A stretch of 55,571 bases of DNA from Alphaproteobacteria bacterium (GCA_045630985.1 JAZQTW010000066.1:1-55571); one strand, 5' to 3'; positions 29,715-39,478 are shown, numbered from the stretch's first letter. Numbers and translations are program-made. The notes: a model not told the origin generated them from the sequence alone.

Positions 29715-29873
29715 GTGAGTGAATATAATTCTTTTTATAGTGTAAAGTCAATATGAAAACACAAAAAAAGAGGGGTGAATATAAGAAGATAGTACTTTAC
29801 TTTTATTTTGTATTGGTTTAGTTTTAGATAAATTGTGTATGTTTATGATGTTTTATGGAGATAGATTAAGAAA

Positions 29874-31292
29874 ATGAAAGCAAGAACACGTTTTGCACCA
29901 AGTCCTACTGGTTATATGCATATTGGTAATTTGAGAACAGCTTTGTATGAGTATTTGATTGCTAAAGCTAATGGTGGTAGTTTTATCTTGAGAATTGAAG
30001 ATACAGACCAAAAAAGATATGTAGAAGGGGCTACAGATATTATCTATAATACTCTTAAAACAGTTGGCATGAATTGGGATGAAGGTCCTGATATTGGTGG
30101 TAATTTCGGTCCATATATTCAATCAGAACGTTTGAGCTTATATCAAGATTATGCACATAAATTGGTTGAACTTGGTGGTGCACATTATTGTTTTTGCTCA
30201 AAAGATGAAGCAGATGAACAAAAGGATGAAGAGGCTAATATCAAATTTGAAGACCCTTGTAAGCTTATCTCTTTAGAAGAAGCAAAGAAGAGAGTTGCTA
30301 ATGGTGAACCTTTTGTTATTCGTCAAACAATTAATAAAAAAGGTAAATCTACTTTTAATGATGTTGTGTATGGTGAAATTGAGATTGACTATGATGAGTT
30401 AGATGAGGGTGTATTGCTTAAATCTGACGGTTTCCCAACATATAACTTTGCTAATGTTGTTGATGATCATTTGATGGAAATTACTCATGTGGTGAGAGGA
30501 AATGAGTATATTTCTTCTACTCCTAAGTATAATTTGATTTATGAGGCATTTGGTTGGGAACCACCAATTTATGTACATGTGGCTCAAGTGATGAAAGATG
30601 CTCATCATAAATTATCAAAGAGAAATGGTGATGCTTCTTTCCAAGATTTGGTTGCAAAGGGATATTTGCCTGAGGCTATTTTGAACTATATTGCGCTTTT
30701 AGGTTGGAACCCAGGTACTGAGCAAGAAATCTTTTCTTTGAAAGAATTGGAGCAAGTATTTGATGCTAACAGATTGAATAAGTCTCCAGCAATATTTGAT
30801 ATTACTAAGCTTAAATGGATGAATGGTTGTTATATTAGAGCTTTGAGTGTTGAAGATTTCCATAAACTTGCTAGTGTTGAGTATGATACATTCTTAACTC
30901 GTGAAGTTAATCGTATGGAGCTTTCAAAAGTATTGCAACCTCGAATCGAAACATTAAAAGATATTAAAGAAGTGGCTATGTTTGTTGAGGAAATGCCAGA
31001 ATATAGTGAAGAGCTTTTTGTTAATAAAAAGATGAAAACAGATGTTGAAGTTGCTAAAAAGGCTTTGGCTTTGGCTTATCCTGTTTTGGAAAAATTAGAT
31101 GTTTGGACTAATGAAAACTTGTTTGAAGCATTGAAGAGTGTTGCGGTTGAGAATGAAATGAAGAATGGACAAGTTTTATATCCAGTTCGTATTGCATTGA
31201 CAGGTTTGGAGACAACTCCTGGCGGTGCAAGTGAGATTGCATCTGTTTTAGGAAAAGAAGAAACATTAAGAAGACTTAAACTTGCTATGTAG
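29874..31292 (+). CDS. gltX: Glutamate-tRNA ligase
   Basis: RFAPSPTGYMHIGN, RIEDTD, KLSKR. Confidence 0.97.
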   Translation: MKARTRFAPSPTGYMHIGNLRTALYEYLIAKANGGSFILRIEDTDQKRYVEGATDIIYNTLKTVGMNWDEGPDIGGNFGPYIQSERLSLYQDYAHKLVELGGAHYCFCSKDEADEQKDEEANIKFEDPCKLISLEEAKKRVANGEPFVIRQTINKKGKSTFNDVVYGEIEIDYDELDEGVLLKSDGFPTYNFANVVDDHLMEITHVVRGNEYISSTPKYNLIYEAFGWEPPIYVHVAQVMKDAHHKLSKRNGDASFQDLVAKGYLPEAILNYIALLGWNPGTEQEIFSLKELEQVFDANRLNKSPAIFDITKLKWMNGCYIRALSVEDFHKLASVEYDTFLTREVNRMELSKVLQPRIETLKDIKEVAMFVEEMPEYSEELFVNKKMKTDVEVAKKALALAYPVLEKLDVWTNENLFEALKSVAVENEMKNGQVLYPVRIALTGLETTPGGASEIASVLGKEETLRRLKLAM

Positions 31293-31303
31293 GGTTATTA
31301 TTT

Positions 31304-32053
31304 ATGGATTTTAAGAAGAAAATTCGTCATGCCATTAAAGAATTAGGTAAGAAGCCTTTTGTTTATGAGTTGGCTGGTAGTCTTGCGTATATTTATGCAT
31401 GGATTATTGGTAAGACATCTTCTTTTGAGCTTGAAGGTCAGGAAGAGTTTGAAAAGCTTATAGAAGAAAATGATGGCGGTATCTTTGTTGCATGGCATGG
31501 TAGGTTGTTGATTTTGCCTTTCTTTTGGCGTAATACTCGTTTGATGAAGGCTCTAGTTTCTCCTCATCAAGATGGTCGTATTATTGCAAAAGTTTTGCGT
31601 AAGTTTAATATTGGGACTATTGATGGCAGTTCTGACAGGCAGGCCTTAGGGGCAGCGTTGGAAATTAGGCATGAGTTGGATAGAGGTACTGTTGTTGCTC
31701 TTATTCCTGATGGTCCTAAAGGTCCTAGTATGAGATTGAAGAAAAGCGTGATTTATTTTGCGCAGAAGTCTGGTAAACCAATTATGGGATTTACTTATAG
31801 CGTTAATAATTCTTATGTCGCTGGTAGTTGGGATTCTATGATGGTGCCTTATCCTTTCTGTAAAGGTAAAATTAGAGGAACTAAACCTATGTTTGTTCCT
31901 AAAGATATTACAAGTGAAGAAGCTGAAGCTTTGCGTCAGAAATTGGAAGATGAGTTAAATGCTCTTACTTTGGGATTGGATAAAGAGTTTGATGTGCCTG
32001 AGATAGTTCCTGGTAAATCAAAGCGTATTAGGGTAAAAAAGAAAGTTAAGTAG
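31304..32053 (+). CDS. DUF374 lysophospholipid acyltransferase family protein (LpxJ-like)
   Basis: AWHGRLL, SPHQDG, PDGPKGP, SWDSMMVPYPF; directly upstream of waaA-lpxK. Confidence 0.88.
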   Translation: MDFKKKIRHAIKELGKKPFVYELAGSLAYIYAWIIGKTSSFELEGQEEFEKLIEENDGGIFVAWHGRLLILPFFWRNTRLMKALVSPHQDGRIIAKVLRKFNIGTIDGSSDRQALGAALEIRHELDRGTVVALIPDGPKGPSMRLKKSVIYFAQKSGKPIMGFTYSVNNSYVAGSWDSMMVPYPFCKGKIRGTKPMFVPKDITSEEAEALRQKLEDELNALTLGLDKEFDVPEIVPGKSKRIRVKKKVK

Positions 32054-32054
32054 T

Positions 32055-33320
32055 ATGATTATTAATATTTATAAAATTCTTATGACATTATTGTTTCCAA
32101 TATTTAAGGCTACGTATATTAAAAAAAGACAACGTATTGGTAAGGAACATCCTATTCGTTTTAATGAGAGAGTGGGTATTTATAAGAAAAAAAGACCTGA
32201 AGGAAAGCTTTATTGGTTTCATGGGGCGTCTGTAGGTGAATCTGTTTCTATGTTGCCTTTAATTGATAGACTTCTTAAAGAAGATGAGAATTTATCTATT
32301 ATGGTGACAACTGGGACTATTACTTCAGCTGAAATTATGGAGAAAAGATTACCTGAGAGAGCTTTTCATCAATTTATTCCTTTTGATGTGCCTAGTTATG
32401 TTAAGAATTTGATTAATCATTTTAATCCTGATGCGGTATTATGGTTTGAGTCTGAATTATGGCCATCATTCTTATCTGAGATTAAAAAGAAGAATATTCC
32501 TTTTATTTTAGTAAATGGTAGAATTTCTGATAAGTCTTATAGTAATTGGAAAAAGTTTAAGTTTATTTCTAAAGAATTATTGTCTTGTTTTAGTTTGTGT
32601 TTGGGACAGTCTGAGCAAGATAAAAATAGATTGAAGTTTTTAGGTGCACAGAAGGTTGATTGTGTAGGTAATCTTAAATATGCTGGTATGCCTTTGGATG
32701 TTGATAAAGAAAAACTTTCTGAATTAAAAGAGAAGATTAACGGTAGACGAGTTTTTGTTATAAGCTCTACACATAATAATGAAGAAGAGCAGTTTGCTGA
32801 TCATATTAAGCATTTACAAGAGTTTGTTCCTAATGTGTTTATTATTGTTGCTCCTCGCCACCCAGAGCGTGGTATTGAAGTAACTAATATGTTTAGACGT
32901 AAAGGTTATACTGTTGCGCAACGCTCTAAAGATGAGCCTATTACAGATGATGTTGAGATATATGTAGCTGATACTATTGGCGAAATGGGCTTGTGGTATG
33001 GTGTTGGTGAAGTTAGCTTTATTGGTGGGTCTTTGATTAATCGTGGTGGTCAGAACTTTAATGAGCCAGCTAGATGTAAAAATGCTGTTATTGTTGGTAA
33101 TTTTATGACTAACTTTAGTGATATGATTAATCGTGCTAAGGTTAATAATGCTGTATGGCAATTAGCTTCGGCTAGTGATGTTATTGAATATGTGATAAAT
33201 CTATTTACAGAGCCTGAGTTATTAAAAGAACGTCAAGAAAATGCATATGCTTGGACTGTATTGGAAAATAAAGTTCTTGATGGAATTATTAGAATTTTGA
33301 ATGGGGAACTTAAAAAATGA
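32055..33320 (+). CDS. waaA: Kdo transferase WaaA (KdtA)
   Basis: WFHGASVGE, ESELWP, NGRISDKS, APRHPER, DTIGEMG, GGSL..GGQN. Confidence 0.96.
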   Translation: MIINIYKILMTLLFPIFKATYIKKRQRIGKEHPIRFNERVGIYKKKRPEGKLYWFHGASVGESVSMLPLIDRLLKEDENLSIMVTTGTITSAEIMEKRLPERAFHQFIPFDVPSYVKNLINHFNPDAVLWFESELWPSFLSEIKKKNIPFILVNGRISDKSYSNWKKFKFISKELLSCFSLCLGQSEQDKNRLKFLGAQKVDCVGNLKYAGMPLDVDKEKLSELKEKINGRRVFVISSTHNNEEEQFADHIKHLQEFVPNVFIIVAPRHPERGIEVTNMFRRKGYTVAQRSKDEPITDDVEIYVADTIGEMGLWYGVGEVSFIGGSLINRGGQNFNEPARCKNAVIVGNFMTNFSDMINRAKVNNAVWQLASASDVIEYVINLFTEPELLKERQENAYAWTVLENKVLDGIIRILNGELKK

Positions 33321-34222
33321 TAGCGCCAAAGTTTTGGAATAACAGAGGAGTTGTTTCAACAATTTTACTTCCATTTTCATGGGTGTATGGAGCTATTGTG
33401 CAGTTTAGATTAAGAAAATCTGGATATAAATCTAAGGCAAAAGTTATTTGTGTGGGTAATGTTACTGCAGGTGGGGTTGGTAAAACACCTGTGTGTATGG
33501 CTTTGGCGGAAAAGTATATTAGTGAAGGTAAAAGGGTTTGTTTTGTTACTCGTGGTTATATGGGTAAATTGAAGAATATTGTTGTTGATTTAGATAAACA
33601 TTCAGCAATTGAGACTGGTGATGAAGCAAGGCTTTTAGCTAATGTTGCTACAACGATAATTTCGCCAGACAGAGCAAATGGGGCAAGAGTTGCTGAGGAG
33701 TTGGGGATGGATGTTATCATTATGGATGATGGTTTTCAAAACCCCAGTCTTTGCAAAGATGAATGTGTGATTGTTTTTGATGGTAAAGTAGGTATTGGTA
33801 ATGGTAGAGTTTTACCTGCTGGTCCATTAAGAGAAACCCTAAAGAATGGTGAAAAACGTGCAACTTGTGCCATTATTATGGGGGAAGATAAGACAGGATT
33901 GACTGAAAAGATTTCTATTCCTTGTTATTTTGGTAAGGTTGTGCCAGAGCATTTGGATATTGAAGGAGCTAAGGTGTTAGCTTTTGCGGGAATTGGTAGA
34001 CCTTCTAAGTTTTATGATACTCTTTGTGAACTAGGGTATGATGTTGTAGAAACTAGAGATTTTGCGGATCATTATAGCTATACTAAAGCAGATATTGATG
34101 AGCTTAAAGAAAAGGCTAAAGCAAGAGGTTTGTTGCTTATTACAACAGAAAAAGATTTTGTTAAGCTTGATGAAGAGATGAAAAAAGATATCCATTGCTT
34201 AAAAATTAAAGCAGTTTGGTAG
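33317..34222 (+). CDS. lpxK: Tetraacyldisaccharide 4'-kinase
   Basis: VGNVTAGGVGKTP, GDEA, MDDGFQ, LPAGPLRE, TTEKD. Confidence 0.96.
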   Translation: MIAPKFWNNRGVVSTILLPFSWVYGAIVQFRLRKSGYKSKAKVICVGNVTAGGVGKTPVCMALAEKYISEGKRVCFVTRGYMGKLKNIVVDLDKHSAIETGDEARLLANVATTIISPDRANGARVAEELGMDVIIMDDGFQNPSLCKDECVIVFDGKVGIGNGRVLPAGPLRETLKNGEKRATCAIIMGEDKTGLTEKISIPCYFGKVVPEHLDIEGAKVLAFAGIGRPSKFYDTLCELGYDVVETRDFADHYSYTKADIDELKEKAKARGLLLITTEKDFVKLDEEMKKDIHCLKIKAVW

Positions 34223-34224
34223 TT

Positions 34225-35613
34225 TTATTCTAAGAATGATTTAATGCGTTTGGAGAAGATGATATCATCTTCTGTTATGGTGCGTTTGATATACATATCT
34301 GATTTTTTACGAGTGCGAGAGAGGGCTACATATAATTGTCCGTGTGCAAAAGCTCCTCTGTCTATATCTATAATTACTCTATCTAGAGTTTTTCCTTGTG
34401 CTTTATGGATTGTTAGTGCGTAGCCTAATTGGAGTGGGTATTGGATAAATGACCCTGTTTCTCTTTCTGTAATATCTCCGCTTATAGCGTCTACATCATA
34501 AGCATAAGATTTCCATTCTTCACGGTATACTGTTATGAATTTGTTGTCTTGTAGGCAACGGACAACAATGTATCTATCGGCTAATTTTTCTACAATTCCT
34601 GATGTGCCATTTATGTAATCAGGGTAATTGTTTTTGTTAAATACAACAAGTGCGCCTTCTTTTAGGGTTAAAGTTTTAGGAGAGGGGGTGTCTTGCATTT
34701 TTTCAAATGTACCATTGAATTGTGCTTCGTAGCTTTGAGAATTTGAAGTTAGTTCGTTTAGTCTCCTATGATTTATACCTTCTGCTACTTGGCGATATGG
34801 AGTTATTGTTATAGCTGTTTTTAGAAAATCTTCAGGATATACTTCAGGATTGTTGAAGTAAGATATTGTTTCTGGGATATTTTCGTTCTTTCTGATGTTT
34901 TGTAGATATTGTAGCAAATCTTTATCATTTTGGCGGTAAACTTCGGTTAATTCTATTTTTTCAAAAGCGCCTTTTAGGTATGATTTGGCATCAAAAAAGT
35001 ATGGTTCTGCTGTTCCGTATTCTTGTTTGAATATTTGTGCAACATCTTGTTTTATGATAGGTGGGAGTTGGCATAAGTCTCCGATTAATATGATTTGTAA
35101 TCCACCAAAAGTTGCGAGATTTCCCTTTGCTTGGCAACATAGAGCTTCTATTGCATCTAGAATATCCGGTCTTAGCATTGAGACTTCATCAATGATAAGG
35201 ATGTCTGTTTTTTTGAGAATCGATTTTAGTTTTCGTCTTTTAGTGGCAAGGATATCATTAGGAACGATGTAATCTGATATGGGAAGGGTGAACATGGAGT
35301 GAATGGTTGCGCCTTCTATGTTTAGGGCGGCGATAGCTGTTGGGGCTACTAGGCGAATCCTTTTTTTAGAATGTTTTTTTAGGTATTTTATAAAAGTGGA
35401 TTTTCCGGTGCCGGCTTGTCCTTGTATGAAGAAGTTTTGGTGTGTGTGTTCTATTCTATCAAATAATTTTCTTTGTATTAGATTTAGAGTATCTATGTCT
35501 TTGACTGCCTTGGAGATTGATTTTAAGGCATTTATTTCTGTAGATTCAGTTATGATTTCAGCATTTGCTGAGCCTATACCATAATCTGCAGTAGTTTTAA
35601 TCAATCCTGACAT
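34225..35613 (-). CDS. Pif1/RecD-like superfamily 1B helicase
   Basis: GQAGTGKST, APTAIAA, TIHSMF, IDEVSM, GDLCQLPP, ALTIHKAQG, GQLYVALSR. Confidence 0.92.
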   Translation of the reverse strand: MSGLIKTTADYGIGSANAEIITESTEINALKSISKAVKDIDTLNLIQRKLFDRIEHTHQNFFIQGQAGTGKSTFIKYLKKHSKKRIRLVAPTAIAALNIEGATIHSMFTLPISDYIVPNDILATKRRKLKSILKKTDILIIDEVSMLRPDILDAIEALCCQAKGNLATFGGLQIILIGDLCQLPPIIKQDVAQIFKQEYGTAEPYFFDAKSYLKGAFEKIELTEVYRQNDKDLLQYLQNIRKNENIPETISYFNNPEVYPEDFLKTAITITPYRQVAEGINHRRLNELTSNSQSYEAQFNGTFEKMQDTPSPKTLTLKEGALVVFNKNNYPDYINGTSGIVEKLADRYIVVRCLQDNKFITVYREEWKSYAYDVDAISGDITERETGSFIQYPLQLGYALTIHKAQGKTLDRVIIDIDRGAFAHGQLYVALSRTRKKSDMYIKRTITEDDIIFSKRIKSFLE

Positions 35614-35627
35614 AGTTTATCTCTCAA

Positions 35628-35642
35628 GTTCTTCTTTTGTTC
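35628..35642 (-). promoter_or_regulatory. Alphaproteobacterial LexA (SOS) box
   Basis: GTTC-ttctttt-GTTC, directly downstream of a minus-strand TTGACA-N16-TAAAAT promoter. Confidence 0.7.
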
Positions 35643-35686
35643 TATTTTATATTGGTTTTAAGAATTGTCAAGGGTGTTAATTTTTT

Positions 35687-36442
35687 TTAGATGATTTTAT
35701 TGAATAATCTTTTCCATCTGATTGATGTTAACCAACTAATTGGATTGTACCATTTTGAAGAATCGTCAAGAGAGAAAAATAAGAATCGAGCTTTACCTTC
35801 TATGTTTTCAAAAGGAACTAGACCAACATCTTTTCTAGAATCGTTAGAGTTGTCACGATTATCTCCCATCATGAAGTAGTAACCCTCTGGAATTGAGAAT
35901 TTTGGGGTATTATCTACGACAGGTGTATTATCGTTATTTTCTAAGATTTGGTGTTTGTGACCATTTGGAAAAGTTTCAGTATATTCGGTAAGAGTTGCTG
36001 GTAAAATAACATATTCGTCTATAACATATTTACCTACATTTTCTCTTTCTACGGCTTTGTCATTAATATGCAAAATACCATTTTTTACTTGAACAGTATC
36101 GCCAGGTATGCCAATTACACGTTTGATATAGTCTGTTTTGTTATCTCCTGGGTATTTGAATACAACAACGTCACCGTGTTGAGGTGCATCAGCCCAAAAT
36201 CTTCCTTTAAATGTTGGGAAGCTTAGGGGGAATGAGTGTTTTGAATAACCATATGTATATTTGGATACAAATAGAAAGTCTCCAACTTCTAATGTTGGGT
36301 ACATTGATCCAGATGGAATCTTAAATGGTTCAAACCAAAAAGTGCGAATTGTAAGAGCAATTAATATTGCGTATATTACAGTTTTGATTGTTTCTGATAA
36401 TGATTCCTCTTTTTTATTGTCTATCTTTTCCATTTTATCCAC
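35687..36442 (-). CDS. lepB: Signal peptidase I
   Basis: IPSGSMYPTL, DYIKRVIGIPGD, GDNRDNSNDSR; start may be ATG 36433. Confidence 0.96.
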   Translation of the reverse strand: MDKMEKIDNKKEESLSETIKTVIYAILIALTIRTFWFEPFKIPSGSMYPTLEVGDFLFVSKYTYGYSKHSFPLSFPTFKGRFWADAPQHGDVVVFKYPGDNKTDYIKRVIGIPGDTVQVKNGILHINDKAVERENVGKYVIDEYVILPATLTEYTETFPNGHKHQILENNDNTPVVDNTPKFSIPEGYYFMMGDNRDNSNDSRKDVGLVPFENIEGKARFLFFSLDDSSKWYNPISWLTSIRWKRLFNKII

Positions 36443-36628
36443 TCATAATTTAATTTACTAAACGCTTGAGAGAATAGGGGATTTGCGTTTGTTTGCAAGT
36501 AAATAGTGCAATATATTCGCTATTTTTTTAACAGATAAAAATAAATTGTATTTTTTTTGAAAAAAGTGCTTGACGTTTGAAAAAAACTATTTTATGTTAC
36601 GTTTCGTTGCTGATGCAACAGAGGTGAT

Positions 36629-36719
36629 GGAAGCGTGGCAGAGCTGGTTTAATGCACCTGACTTGAAATCAGACGTAGGCGCGAGTCTACCCGGGGTTCG
36701 AATCCCTGCGCTTCCGCCA
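36629..36719 (+). tRNA. tRNA-Ser (anticodon TGA)
   Basis: ggaagcg/cgcttcc acceptor stem, cttgaaa loop, long variable arm, GGTTCGAATCC, encoded CCA. Confidence 0.96.
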
Positions 36720-36927
36720 GTTAGATGGGCTGTTCTTAGAGATAGGAACAGCTCTTTTTCTATGGAAAGAACCCCGGGGAAGGGGTTCGACTACAAGCGT
36801 AAGGCAGACGTGAGTATGCCGTTTGCCAAAGGCAATACGCGCAGTGCGACCGAATGAAAATGAGGTCAATCCCTGCGCTTCCGCCAGTTAGAGGGGCTGT
36901 TCTTAGAGATAAAACAGCTCTTTTTTT
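36701..36927 (+). repeat. Direct repeat of tRNA-Ser 3' end plus terminator (36701-36759 and 36868-36926) around a structured insert
   Basis: aatccctgcgcttccgccagttaga(t/g)gggctgttcttagagata(gg/aa)aacagctcttttt twice, 167 bp apart. Confidence 0.9.
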
Positions 36928-36971
36928 TGTTTAAATGGGTAAATTTTGTGTGCTAATTCGTAGATAAAAAT

Positions 36972-37002
36972 AAAAAAAACGACAGCACAAGGCTGTCGGC
37001 GT
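36972..37002 (-). terminator. Terminator, 23 bp identical to 37533-37555
   Basis: cgacagc-acaag-gctgtcg preceded by an A tract. Confidence 0.8.
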
Positions 37003-37011
37003 GAGAGTGAA

Positions 37012-37440
37012 CTAGATGTCAAAGTTATGGATATCTAGCTTTTCTATTTCTCTGAATCTTCCTGATTTAACAGGGAATGTTACTGTTACAACGTCGCCGG
37101 TTTGCAGATATGTTGCTTCTGGGCAACGTTTGTATAATACTTTGAGTTCTATTCCAGGATATTCATTGAGAACGAAAATGTGTTCATCTAATATAATAGA
37201 GACTCTTTTTACGGTTCCTGTAATAGTTTTCTTTTCTATAGTAACTTCCTTTGTGGTAGTTTCTGCGGTTGTGTTTACTACTTTGGTTTCGGTAACTTCC
37301 TTTGTGGTAGTTTCTGCGGTTGTGTTGACTACTTTAGTTTCAGTAACTTCTTCAGATTGTTTTGGGGTGTTGCTGTTGTTGCATCCCATCATCATCATTG
37401 CAGCCAAGATAAGGCTGAGGTAGAAAAATTTCTTCTCCAT
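37012..37440 (-). CDS. Lipoprotein (142 aa) with Thr-rich linker and a domain homologous to the C-terminus of the neighbouring 579-aa protein
   Basis: MEKKFFYLSLILAAMMMMG-C signal; ends LDIHNFDI; ATG 37440 preferred over 37488. Confidence 0.8.
   Translation of the reverse strand: MEKKFFYLSLILAAMMMMGCNNSNTPKQSEEVTETKVVNTTAETTTKEVTETKVVNTTAETTTKEVTIEKKTITGTVKRVSIILDEHIFVLNEYPGIELKVLYKRCPEATYLQTGDVVTVTFPVKSGRFREIEKLDIHNFDI
37241..37350 (-). repeat. 51-bp tandem repeat (EVTETKVVNTTAETTTK twice)
   Basis: gtaacttcctttgtggtagtttctgcggttgtg starts at 37241 and 37292, partial copy at 37343. Confidence 0.9.
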
Positions 37441-37574
37441 AATTGTATTGTTTTTAGAATAGTTAATCGTTTGGACATAAAATATCATATTGTAAAAGTT
37501 TTGTCAATATGATTTTGTAAATAAAAAAATACCGACAGCACAAGGCTGTCGGCGTAAAGGTACGATGAAGGGAA

Positions 37575-39314
37575 TTAGATATCAAAGTTATTGATATCAA
37601 AGTTATCGATAGGGATAACTGTTTCTTCTCCTTCAAAGAATGTGATGTTCACTTTAGAACCAACCTTAGAGTACTTAAGCTCATTGAAACTCATTACATT
37701 TGCAGTGAACTCAAAGCCAGGCTTTTCGTTAAGCAGGATGTAATAAGTATCTCCAACGAGAACTATGTCTCTAATTGTCGCGGCTATGGTTTGTGAAGAA
37801 ACATTGCTTTCAAGTATGTTATCTGCTACCTTGTTATTAGCAAGAGCGGCAAAATAGTTCTTTACGGCGATGTTTTTAGACTTATCATAACCAACAACAG
37901 ATCGCTGGTTTGAAGCAACAAAGCAATATCCCTGGATGTTTCCGTATCCGTCTTTATATGTCATAAAGTAGGTAGGAATTCCTCTAACATTGTAGAGGAC
38001 AGGGAATGTTGCTGTGTAGCCTGCTGCAGCTGGAGCGCTCTGTCCGTTAGCAATTCTCATGGCTTCTGTTTCGTTGAAACCACCGTCTTCTACTTTGTAG
38101 TAAGTAGCTTTCTTGGTGCGTGTATCAACTAACATGAAACCACAAGTGGCCTCGCTAGTTATTTTAGCGGACTGCATGCCGGTGTACCAATAGCAGTTAC
38201 CCTGACTATAGACCAAAGTCATTCCAGGGGTTGGCTTGATTACACCAGTTCTCTTGCCGAAGAGAGTGTTGTTCCAGTATCCGAGTTGAAGCTTTCCCCA
38301 ATCGCTAACCATCTCAGTAATGAAGAGTTCTGGTTGAATTCTATCAATCCACTTTGGAGTATCTTCTACACTATAGGTATTGATTTCTCCAGTCTGTGCA
38401 TCAACAGTGATAACCTCATCAACTTCTTCACCGCCAAAACCGATTTTCTGATCGTAGGCAGAAAGTACCCAGTAAGGGCGACCGTTGCTGTCAATTTCAA
38501 AACTATGGTCGTTCAATCCACGATTGACATAACCGTTAATTCTGATGTGACGCTCAATGTCGAACTCAAATGGTGCACTTTCAAGGTACGTCAGAGCGAT
38601 GTCTTCGCCATTTATCTTGGTTACAATGTAACGTTTTTCGCTATTTGTAGCGTCTACGATTACATAACCAGGAGTGGTTTTGTTGGCAGCCCAACGATAG
38701 AAACTATCGTGCTCAAGAGGAGCAACCCAAATTGGGTGATTATCAAACTCGAGTACTTTGCCATCGTTGATAGTGAACTTTCCAGTGAAGTTCTGGATAG
38801 TCATGTTGCCAATGTCAACCTTTGAGGCGATGTCACCAAGAACGTCGTTTGCCACCTTAGTAGCAAGCTCCTTATCGACGGTAATCATCTTTTCAACGTC
38901 AATTGCTACAATGTCGTTTCTGAAAGATGATACATCTACCGTATCAACCTCGATGCGGATTGCATACTCCTCTGCATTAGCCATGCGAGTTGTCTGACAA
39001 AACGCAACGATTGGTGCGATGAGAGTGATGACTACAGGTGTCAACCTGAACCAGTCGTATAGTTCAGGGAGTTCTTCGTCATTGTTGGTTATGAAGGCTA
39101 TAAAGCCAAGAACAGAGACGAGGAATGTCTCAATCCAGACGCCTTCAAACCCCCACCACTGGAGAGTAGGCATGCCGAGGTAGTTGATTGAACCGATGAA
39201 AATGAACATCAAAATTGTTCTGATAATCCATTTTACGGAGCTACCCTTAAGTGAGAAGCTCAAAACTGCGAATAGTACAGCCTGCGCAAGGCTGAGGACA
39301 AAATAATGTGCCAT
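37575..39314 (-). CDS. Membrane-anchored hypothetical protein (4 N-terminal TM helices, large extracytoplasmic part)
   Basis: 579-aa ORF; WVAPLEH, FEIDSNGRPYWV, PKWIDRIQP motifs; base composition differs from flanks. Confidence 0.8.
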   Translation of the reverse strand: MAHYFVLSLAQAVLFAVLSFSLKGSSVKWIIRTILMFIFIGSINYLGMPTLQWWGFEGVWIETFLVSVLGFIAFITNNDEELPELYDWFRLTPVVITLIAPIVAFCQTTRMANAEEYAIRIEVDTVDVSSFRNDIVAIDVEKMITVDKELATKVANDVLGDIASKVDIGNMTIQNFTGKFTINDGKVLEFDNHPIWVAPLEHDSFYRWAANKTTPGYVIVDATNSEKRYIVTKINGEDIALTYLESAPFEFDIERHIRINGYVNRGLNDHSFEIDSNGRPYWVLSAYDQKIGFGGEEVDEVITVDAQTGEINTYSVEDTPKWIDRIQPELFITEMVSDWGKLQLGYWNNTLFGKRTGVIKPTPGMTLVYSQGNCYWYTGMQSAKITSEATCGFMLVDTRTKKATYYKVEDGGFNETEAMRIANGQSAPAAAGYTATFPVLYNVRGIPTYFMTYKDGYGNIQGYCFVASNQRSVVGYDKSKNIAVKNYFAALANNKVADNILESNVSSQTIAATIRDIVLVGDTYYILLNEKPGFEFTANVMSFNELKYSKVGSKVNITFFEGEETVIPIDNFDINNFDI

Positions 39315-39478
39315 AATTTGTATGTTTAAATTGTTAGTAATATCTTATTTAGGATTTTAGAATATCAAATTTTGGGTGTTTTGTCAATAATATTCGGTGC
39401 GATTTTTTTTGTTTTGGCTTGCAAAAGGAGGATTTGTTTGGTTTAATAGCTCTATAATATGAATTTTTGGAGGCTTAG

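Noticed and set aside
36570-36869. ORFs 36570-36857 (+) and 36687-36869 (-)
   Set aside because: They overlap tRNA-Ser and its GC-rich repeat; chance open frames.
36701-39400. Classical integrase island bounded by att sites
   Set aside because: The tRNA 3' duplicates are only 167 bp apart and do not flank the foreign-looking genes; no integrase.
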